Source: an uncultured Candidatus Saccharibacteria bacterium | GTDB taxonomy: Bacteria; Patescibacteriota; Minisyncoccia; Phycocordibacterales; Phycocordibacteraceae | Direction of reading: 5' to 3' | DNA: 41,315 bases | NCBI GenBank assembly: GCA_964404565.1 | Contig: CAYOKK010000003.1 | Coordinates: forward strand, 1-41,315 | Part shown: positions 1 to 7,090 of the stretch, one piece after another | How positions within the stretch are numbered: the stretch's first letter is position 1 | Layout: each line of letters opens with the position of its first letter | Made by a program: the position numbers and the translations under genes | Notes under the pieces: model-generated | What the model saw: the letters and a program-made list of their open reading frames with translations, nothing else | What the model was told of the DNA's origin: nothing | Databases searched by the model: none

Positions 1-106
1 GCCGCAAGGCGCGGCCTTCCGCTATCTCTCCTATAATCTCTCCTATCTATACCTATATAAGGTGCGCCTAGAATAAAGGCCTGAATCGCGCTATAGTACG
101 CCCTAT

Positions 107-2647
107 ATGGCTAATTTCCTCGGCAAGATCTTCAGTAAGAACCAATCAGCGGGCTTCATAAAGAGCGCGCGCGGCGTCGTTGATGCCGCTAATGCGCAGG
201 CCGCCGAGCTTGAGGGAAAGACGCAGGAAGAGCTGCAGGAGATGCTTAGGGACGTACGGGAGCGAACGGACGGTACCCCGAAGACGGATGCAGATATCGC
301 CCAGGTATTTGCGCTTGTGCGCGAAGCGGCACGGCGCACCCTCGGACAGTTCCACTACGACGTCCAGCTCATGGGCGGCCTCGCGCTCACGCAGGGAAAC
401 ATCGCCGAGATGCGTACCGGCGAGGGAAAGACGCTCGTGGCGACGCTTCCGGCGACGCTGCGCGCGCTCGCAGGGAAGGGCGTGCATATGGTGACCGTGA
501 ACGATTATCTCGCCCGGCGCGACGGCGCATGGATGGGGCAGGTGTACGGATACCTCGGCCTTTCCGTCGGCGTCATCACGAGCGGCGGCGCATACCTTTA
601 TGACGCGTCGCACGTGCAGGAGGAAGAAGCAAAGAAATTAGACAGCGAGCGCGATCAGGAAGGCTCCTTCCGCGTCTTCTATGACTATTTGCGCCCCGCC
701 ACGAAGAAAGAAGCCTATGCTGCAGACATCACCTATGCGACGAACAACGAGCTCGGCTTCGATTACCTGCGCGACAACACCGCATACAACGCGGCGCAGA
801 TAGTGCAGCGCGGGCACCATTACGCGATCGTCGACGAGATAGACTCGATTCTCATCGATGAGGCGCGTACGCCGCTCATCATCTCCGGCCCGGCAGGCGA
901 CGCCGAGCAGCTCTACGAGCGCTTCGCCGCCATCGCCGCTACGTTCCGGAAGGAGGAGGATTATGCCGTCGACGAGAAGCAGCGCGCCATCCAGCTTACC
1001 GATGCGGGTATCGAGAAGGCCGAGCGCGCGCTGAACATCGACAACCTCTACACCGAAGGCGGGATGAAGCTGGCCCATCACCTCGAGACCGCCGTGCGCG
1101 CGAAGGCGCTCTTCAACCGCGACAAGGAGTACGTCGTGCGCGACGGCGAGATCGTCATCGTCGACGAGTTCACCGGCCGCCTGCAGCCTGGCCGCCGCTG
1201 GAGCGAAGGCCTGCACCAGGCCATCGAGGCGAAAGAAGGCGTCGCCGTGCAGAAAGAGACGCGTACGTACGCGAGCGTCACCTTCCAGAACTACTTCCGC
1301 ATGTACGATGCGCTCGCCGGCATGACCGGTACCGCGCTCTCCTCCGAAGAGGAGTTCTTCACGGTGTACGGGCTCGACGTCATCGTCATCCCCACGAACC
1401 GCCCGGTCGCCCGTATCGACCACAACGACCTTATTTTCCAGACCAACGACGGCAAGTACCGTGCGCTCACGCGCGAGGTCGCCCGGCTTCACGAGAAAGG
1501 CCAGCCGGTCCTCATCGGCACGGTTTCCATCGAAGATAACGAGATCGTCAGCAACTACCTGCGCGATGCCCAGATCCCTCACGAGATCCTGAACGCGAAG
1601 AACCATGAGCGCGAAGGCGAGCTCATCGCCCAGGCGGGCGAGAAGGGACGCGTGACGGTGGCGACGAACCTCGCCGGCCGCGGCGTCGACATCAAGCTCG
1701 GCGGCGCGCTCGCGTCTGCTGAGGAAGGAAACGCTGTCCGCGAGCTCGGCGGCCTCTTCGTCATCGGTACCGAACGCCACGAGGCGCGCCGTATCGACGA
1801 CCAGCTGCGCGGACGCTCAGGCCGCCAGGGCGACCCGGGCGAGACCCAGTTCTACGTTTCTTTGGAAGATCGCCTCATGCGCGTCTTCGCGAGCTCCATG
1901 CTCTCGCGCGTCATGGGCACCTTCAAGATCCCTGAAGACGAGCCCATCGGCAGCCCGATGATATCGAAGTCGCTCGAGAGCGCGCAGAAGCGCATCGAGG
2001 GCTTCAACTTCGATTCCCGCAAGCAGGTGCTCGCCTACGACGACGTCCTCAACACGCAGCGCCTCGCGGTGTATGCCGACCGCCGCACCGCGCTCCTCGG
2101 CTCGCCTGAAGAGATGGAAGAGCGCATGCAGGCGGTCATCGGCGATGATGAAGAGGCGCGCGCTGCATACGGCCGGAAGAAGGAAGAGATCGGAGAGGAA
2201 GTGTGGCTCGAGCTCATGCGCCGTCTTACGCTGCAGACCACCGACGCCTTCTGGCTCGAGCACCTGGAGTACATGGAGTACCTGCGCCGCTCCGTGAACC
2301 TGCGCGCGTACGGACAGCGCGACCCGCTCATAGAGTACCGCCGCGAGGGGCTTTCTCGGTTCCGCGAGATGGAGGCGGGCGTCGACGCGAAGATCCGCGA
2401 GACGCTTCCGCGCATTATCCCGGCAGATGACGCACGCATCCGTGCCGAGGAAGAGAAAGTGCGCGCCCGCATGGTCGCAGCCAGCGAAGGCGGCGACGAG
2501 ACTGCGCCAGCCGCGCCTCTGCGCAAAAATGGGGCCGGCTTCGGCCGCAACGACACGGTCACCATTTCTCGGAATGGCGAGACGCAGACGGTGAAGTACA
2601 AGAAGGCGGAACCGCTCCTGGCAGAGGGCTGGACCATCGTGCCGTAG
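107..2647 (+). CDS. secA: Preprotein translocase ATPase SecA
   Basis: Walker A MRTGEGKT, VTVNDYLARRD, IVDEIDSILIDEARTPLIISG, GRRWSEGLHQAIEAKE, GTERHEARRIDDQLRGRSGRQGDPG, YGQRDPLIEY. Confidence 0.99.
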   Translation: MANFLGKIFSKNQSAGFIKSARGVVDAANAQAAELEGKTQEELQEMLRDVRERTDGTPKTDADIAQVFALVREAARRTLGQFHYDVQLMGGLALTQGNIAEMRTGEGKTLVATLPATLRALAGKGVHMVTVNDYLARRDGAWMGQVYGYLGLSVGVITSGGAYLYDASHVQEEEAKKLDSERDQEGSFRVFYDYLRPATKKEAYAADITYATNNELGFDYLRDNTAYNAAQIVQRGHHYAIVDEIDSILIDEARTPLIISGPAGDAEQLYERFAAIAATFRKEEDYAVDEKQRAIQLTDAGIEKAERALNIDNLYTEGGMKLAHHLETAVRAKALFNRDKEYVVRDGEIVIVDEFTGRLQPGRRWSEGLHQAIEAKEGVAVQKETRTYASVTFQNYFRMYDALAGMTGTALSSEEEFFTVYGLDVIVIPTNRPVARIDHNDLIFQTNDGKYRALTREVARLHEKGQPVLIGTVSIEDNEIVSNYLRDAQIPHEILNAKNHEREGELIAQAGEKGRVTVATNLAGRGVDIKLGGALASAEEGNAVRELGGLFVIGTERHEARRIDDQLRGRSGRQGDPGETQFYVSLEDRLMRVFASSMLSRVMGTFKIPEDEPIGSPMISKSLESAQKRIEGFNFDSRKQVLAYDDVLNTQRLAVYADRRTALLGSPEEMEERMQAVIGDDEEARAAYGRKKEEIGEEVWLELMRRLTLQTTDAFWLEHLEYMEYLRRSVNLRAYGQRDPLIEYRREGLSRFREMEAGVDAKIRETLPRIIPADDARIRAEEEKVRARMVAASEGGDETAPAAPLRKNGAGFGRNDTVTISRNGETQTVKYKKAEPLLAEGWTIVP

Positions 2648-2703
2648 CGACTGCCGCTACAGTGTCTCCTCATACCTACCTATATATGGTAGGGTTGCTG
2701 GAT

Positions 2704-3753
2704 ATGGCATTCATCGACGACATCACGATACATGCGAAGGCGGGCCGCGGCGGCGACGGCGTGGTGCGCTGGCTCCATATAAAGGGCAAGGAGAAGGGCG
2801 GCCCATCCGGCGGCGACGGCGGCCGCGGCGGCGATATCGTCGTCGAAGGCGTCCGCGACCTGGCAGCGCTCTCGCAGTTCCAGTTCGAGAAAGATTTCCG
2901 TGCTGAGCCCGGCGCAGCCGGACAGAATAATGACAAGAAGGGGAAGAACGGGGAGGATGTCGTCCTGCGGGTGCCAATAGGCACCGTGGTACGCAATATG
3001 ACCACTCAGGAAGCGTTCGAAATCCTTGAGGAAGGGGAGCGGAAGGTCGTCTTCCGCGGCGGGCAGGGCGGCTTGGGGAACCCTCATTTCAAGAGCTCGA
3101 CGAACCAGAACCCGCGCGAGTGCACGCCTGGCAAGCCAGGCGGCGTCGGCGATATCCGCTTCACGCTCAAGATCATCGCGGATGTCGGCCTCGTGGGGTA
3201 CCCGAATGCCGGAAAATCGTCCCTTTTGAATACGCTCACCCATGCCCGTTCGAAGGTCGGCGGGTACCCTTTTACGACGCTCGAGCCGCATCTCGGCGAG
3301 TTTTATGGATATCTTATCGCGGATATCCCAGGTCTCATCGAAGGAGCGTCCACAGGCAAGGGTCTCGGCTCGAAATTCCTGCGCCACGTAGAGCGTACCG
3401 TACTTATTGCGCATCTCGTCTCGGCTGAGCAAGAGGATGTCGTCTCGGCATACCGAGCTATACGAAACGAGCTCGATTCTTGGAGTCATGAGCTCTCGGG
3501 GAAGAGGGAAGTAGTCGTGCTTTCAAAGGCGGATACCGTCTCGGATGAAGAACTGGAACAGAAGCTGAAGGCGCTCAAGGAAGCGTCCGGCACCGAGGTC
3601 TACCCGCTTTCCATCATCGACGACGCGCTCCTCAAGGAGTTCACGGACACGCTCGTGAAGGAGGTTCGCAGCATGCCGCGCGAGGCTAAGACCCAGGCTG
3701 GGCAGGCTGCAGATGCGCTGGACAGGCAGGCTGCAGAAGAAGGCGAGGAGTAG
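2704..3753 (+). CDS. obgE: GTPase ObgE/CgtA; start moved to ATG 2704 (MAFIDD)
   Basis: Gly-rich Obg fold (GGPSGGDGGRGGD), G1 GYPNAGKS, YPFTT, G3 DIPG, GLGSKFLRHVER. Confidence 0.97.
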   Translation: MAFIDDITIHAKAGRGGDGVVRWLHIKGKEKGGPSGGDGGRGGDIVVEGVRDLAALSQFQFEKDFRAEPGAAGQNNDKKGKNGEDVVLRVPIGTVVRNMTTQEAFEILEEGERKVVFRGGQGGLGNPHFKSSTNQNPRECTPGKPGGVGDIRFTLKIIADVGLVGYPNAGKSSLLNTLTHARSKVGGYPFTTLEPHLGEFYGYLIADIPGLIEGASTGKGLGSKFLRHVERTVLIAHLVSAEQEDVVSAYRAIRNELDSWSHELSGKREVVVLSKADTVSDEELEQKLKALKEASGTEVYPLSIIDDALLKEFTDTLVKEVRSMPREAKTQAGQAADALDRQAAEEGEE

Positions 3754-3799
3754 CGGATATCCCGCTTGCGCGGGTGCGCGCCTCGTGTACGCTTAAAGG

Positions 3800-5242
3800 A
3801 TGGAATACCGCCCGACCATAGGCCTTGAAATACACGCGGAACTCGCCACGGAGACGAAGATGTTCTGCCGCTGCAAGAACGATCCTGAGGCGGCGGAGCC
3901 GAACGTGAACGTGTGTCCCGTATGCACGGCGCACCCGGGAACGCTCCCGACGATGAACCGCGCGGCGGTCCGCCAGGTGCTGCGCGTCGGCCGGGCCATC
4001 GGCAGCACGCTTGCCGACTACACGGAGTTCGACCGCAAATCATATTTTTATCCGGACATCCCGAAGGGATACCAGATCAGCCAGTACGAGTACCCGCTCG
4101 TCTCGGGCGGCACGCTCGCCGGCATCCCGCTCACGCGCATCCACCTTGAAGAGGATACGGCACGCTCTTCGCACGAAGGCGAGGCTGATGCCGAAGGAAA
4201 GGGCACGAGCGAAGTGGACTTCAACCGCGCAGGCGTTCCGCTGATGGAGCTGGTCACCGAACCGGAAATCCATGATGCAGAGACCGCCGGCACATTCGCC
4301 CGCGAGCTGCAGCTCTTGCTACGCACGCTCGGCGCGTCGCACGCGAATCTCGAGAAGGGCGAGATGCGCATCGAGGCGAACGTCAGCGTCTCGAAGGATG
4401 AGAATTTTGGTACGAAAGTCGAAGTGAAGAACCTGAACTCATTCCGCTCTGTCGAGCGCGCGATCGCGTATGAGATCATGCGCCAATCGCAGGTGCTCGA
4501 AGAAGGAGGCACGGTCGAGCAAGAGACGCGCGGCTGGGACGAGAACGGCCAGAAGACCTTCCGTCAGCGCACGAAGGAGGGAAGCGCCGACTACCGCTAC
4601 TTCCCGGAACCTGACCTGCCGAAGGTGCTGCGCAGCGAGGTATCCGAATGGAGCGACGGCGCGCTTGCGGAATCGCTCCCTGAGCTCCCGTGGGAGAAGC
4701 GCGAGCGGTACGTCGCTGCCGGGCTCAAGGAGGCAGATGCAGAACTGATCCGCGCGAGCGCGGCTGACGCGGCGTTCTTCGATGCGGCGCTTGCCGCGCT
4801 TTCTGACGATGCCGATGCTGCGCCGCTCACGCTGCTCTCCGCGAACTATTTCACGAGCGATCTGAAGGGACTCGCCGCGAAAAGCGATAACGGCGGTTTC
4901 GGCAACGTTACGCCAGAGGCATTCGTCGAGCTCGTACGCATGGCACACGCAGGCGAGCTTTCCTCGCGGGGCGCCAAAGATACGCTCGCTATGCTTTTCG
5001 AAGAAGGCGGCTCCGCAAAAGAGACGGCAGAGCGGCACGGCCTGCTTCAGGTGAGCGACACAGGAGCGCTCCGCACGGTGGTCGAGGAGGTGATTGCGGC
5101 GAACCCCGGCCCCGTACAGGAGTACCGAGGCGGCAAGCTGGCGAACATCCAGTACCTCGTCGGGCAGGCCATGAAGGCTACTAAAGGCGCTGGGAACCCG
5201 CAAGCGCTCCGCGCGCTTCTGGAAGAGGCGCTGAAGGCGTAG
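3800..5242 (+). CDS. gatB: Asp/Glu-tRNA amidotransferase subunit B
   Basis: IGLEIHAEL, FDRKSYFYPDIPKGYQISQ, RIHLEED, DFNRAGVPLMELVTEP, KVEVKNLNSF, DYRYFPEPDLP, C-terminal Yqey-like domain. Confidence 0.98.
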   Translation: MEYRPTIGLEIHAELATETKMFCRCKNDPEAAEPNVNVCPVCTAHPGTLPTMNRAAVRQVLRVGRAIGSTLADYTEFDRKSYFYPDIPKGYQISQYEYPLVSGGTLAGIPLTRIHLEEDTARSSHEGEADAEGKGTSEVDFNRAGVPLMELVTEPEIHDAETAGTFARELQLLLRTLGASHANLEKGEMRIEANVSVSKDENFGTKVEVKNLNSFRSVERAIAYEIMRQSQVLEEGGTVEQETRGWDENGQKTFRQRTKEGSADYRYFPEPDLPKVLRSEVSEWSDGALAESLPELPWEKRERYVAAGLKEADAELIRASAADAAFFDAALAALSDDADAAPLTLLSANYFTSDLKGLAAKSDNGGFGNVTPEAFVELVRMAHAGELSSRGAKDTLAMLFEEGGSAKETAERHGLLQVSDTGALRTVVEEVIAANPGPVQEYRGGKLANIQYLVGQAMKATKGAGNPQALRALLEEALKA

Positions 5243-5277
5243 CAGGCAGGCGAAGGATCTGTAAACATACAGAAGAG

Positions 5278-5306
5278 AAAAGCGCCGGATCGATCCGGCG
5301 TTTTTT
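5278..5306 (+). terminator. Intrinsic terminator after gatB (possibly bidirectional)
   Basis: Perfect palindrome CGCCGGATCGATCCGGCG (5283-5300) with an A-run before and T6 after. Confidence 0.8.
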
Positions 5307-5408
5307 GTTCTGCGTGAATAAAATGAGCTTAGGAGGCAGAAAGTTGCATCTCGGATAGACCTGTTTACATCTATTTTAGACGAGGCGAGAAAGCTATATA
5401 CTATCTGC

Positions 5409-6491
5409 ATGGATGAGATAACAATCGGGGAGAAAACCTATATCTCGTCTAAGCGTGCCGCGGAAATTACTGGTTACGCAAAGGACTACATAGGGCAGCT
5501 CAGCCGCGAAGGCTATGTCGACTCAAAGAAGATCGGCCGGAGCTGGTACGTGTATGAGCCTTCTATCCGCGCGCACCGCTTCGGCGATGAGGAGGGAACG
5601 GGCGAGGATGAGGTCGGCGCTCAGGCACAGAGCATAGAGAATAGCCTAGAACATGCCTTGGAAGACGAGCAGGAGGCGGTAGCGGAGACAGAATCGGCGC
5701 TCGGCACCTTCAAAAGCCAGTTGGATACCTGGAAACAGCCTGTGTACACGCCTGAAGAGCCTCAGACGATACCGCAGACGGCCCCTAAGGTTGAAAATGC
5801 GGCTTTCAAGCCTGCATATGAGGAACTTCTTCCTCCAGCAGAGGAAACGCTTACCGATATGCAGGCTGCATGGAAGGAGTGGTTCGAACAGAAGCAGGAA
5901 GAGCTTGAAACCCCCGAAATAGAGTCTCCAGAGGTCATGGAAGCGCGTGAGCGCGAGTATGAAAGAGAGCACGAAGAAGAAGCCGATGAAGAAGCCCGTG
6001 AAGAAATAGGCGAGGACGAGGAAAATGAGGAAGAAGGCGAGGTGTCTGTACCGCTGCACCGCATGGATACTGATGAAGACGAAGATGTGGAAGAGGAAGA
6101 CGATACAGTGGCGAAAGAAGCAGACATAGTGCCTATACGCCCTATAAAAGCTCCTATAGCTGCGCCAAGGCCGACCGCGCATATTGCTCCGAACGTCGCG
6201 TCATACGCGCCTGAAAGGCCGCTTCCGCAGGCCCCAGAGGCCCGCATAGTAGAAGAGCGCGTCATACGCAGAGCCCCGGCTGCCCAGGCCCGCACGCCGG
6301 GTGCGAAGCGCGCTACGCGCACTGCACGCCGATCGAATGCGCCGGTCGCAGCGCTTCTCGTCGGCGTATCGCTCGTTGTAGTTGCTATTGCCTACATCGG
6401 CTCGGGATTTGCCGACCCTTACTTAGAGACTCTGGGAGTCGATAACTCATTTCTTGACTATCTCGTTGGAACAAGAGTCGTAAATAAGTAA
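5409..6491 (+). CDS. Membrane-anchored HTH protein: N-terminal excisionase/MerR-like HTH, long acidic disordered region, C-terminal TM helix
   Basis: YISSKRAAEITGYAKDYIGQLSREGYVDSKKIGRSWYV; E/D-rich middle; hydrophobic VAALLVGVSLVVVAIAYIG near C-terminus; TATACT at 5397-5402, 6 nt before ATG. Confidence 0.8.
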   Translation: MDEITIGEKTYISSKRAAEITGYAKDYIGQLSREGYVDSKKIGRSWYVYEPSIRAHRFGDEEGTGEDEVGAQAQSIENSLEHALEDEQEAVAETESALGTFKSQLDTWKQPVYTPEEPQTIPQTAPKVENAAFKPAYEELLPPAEETLTDMQAAWKEWFEQKQEELETPEIESPEVMEAREREYEREHEEEADEEAREEIGEDEENEEEGEVSVPLHRMDTDEDEDVEEEDDTVAKEADIVPIRPIKAPIAAPRPTAHIAPNVASYAPERPLPQAPEARIVEERVIRRAPAAQARTPGAKRATRTARRSNAPVAALLVGVSLVVVAIAYIGSGFADPYLETLGVDNSFLDYLVGTRVVNK

Positions 6492-6549
6492 ACAAATAAA
6501 ACATTTCTCGTCTCGTTTACACAAGAAAACAAAATAGGATAAGAAGGTC

Positions 6550-6584
6550 ATGCAAAACGCGCCGTACGGCGCGTTTTGCATTTT
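6550..6584 (+). terminator. 32-bp perfect palindrome followed by T-run; probable terminator of the HTH gene
   Basis: ATGCAAAACGCGCCGTACGGCGCGTTTTGCAT (6550-6581) then TTT. Confidence 0.7.
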
Positions 6585-6675
6585 GACCGTACGTATTGAC
6601 CTATGTGAGACGCCTGCAGGGTCCTAGCAGCACTACATTGTGCGAAGTACTTCTTGGAGAAGCGCGGCGTACTGA

Positions 6676-6717
6676 GCGCGCACTCATATACCTATATATA
6701 GGTATATGAGTGCGCGC
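6676..6717. repeat. 42-bp perfect palindrome with no loop
   Basis: GCGCGCACTCATATACCTATA|TATAGGTATATGAGTGCGCGC; arms checked base by base. Confidence 0.95.
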
Positions 6718-7020
6718 ATTCAAGACGGTGTTTAGTATCAGAATATCCTTATTTACCTAGACATATCGGATGACCGTTCCTGTTGCAGAAGCGGTTCTTT
6801 GGCTAGCCGGTATACGTTCAATAGAGTGCGATGAAATAGCTCTTGCTACGTTAGGCAAGCTTTCTAGCGGGGTTGAGGGGAGAGATTTTCGGATTTTACT
6901 CGTCAGAGACTCTTAGATTTCTGAAATTTATTTCGCACGAGCGCTTTTTGCGGCGCACGCGTTTGGGAGCGAAACGTGTTCGATTCTTGCCAGCGGATAT
7001 CTATGAAGAATTCATAAATC

Positions 7021-7029
7021 TTATCCACA
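7021..7029 (+). promoter_or_regulatory. Perfect DnaA-box consensus upstream of the giant gene
   Basis: TTATCCACA; one perfect copy, plus a 1-mismatch GTTTACACA at 6515-6523; function unproven. Confidence 0.4.
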
Positions 7030-7090
7030 AAGAATTTGATACGAACGTGAAAATACCGCGATATTATTTAAGTAATTCGGATATCCGACT

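Noticed and set aside
638-1780. Long antisense ORFs (638-1780, 4439-5410, 18995-20107, 24061-25023, 29795-30691, 36037-37248 and others)
   Set aside because: They lie opposite well-supported genes, as expected from GC-rich codon bias, and show no recognisable motifs
6610-6670. tRNA-like cloverleaf
   Set aside because: Too short, no TTCGA T-loop, no D-loop consensus and no CCA; kept only as part of the structured-region finding
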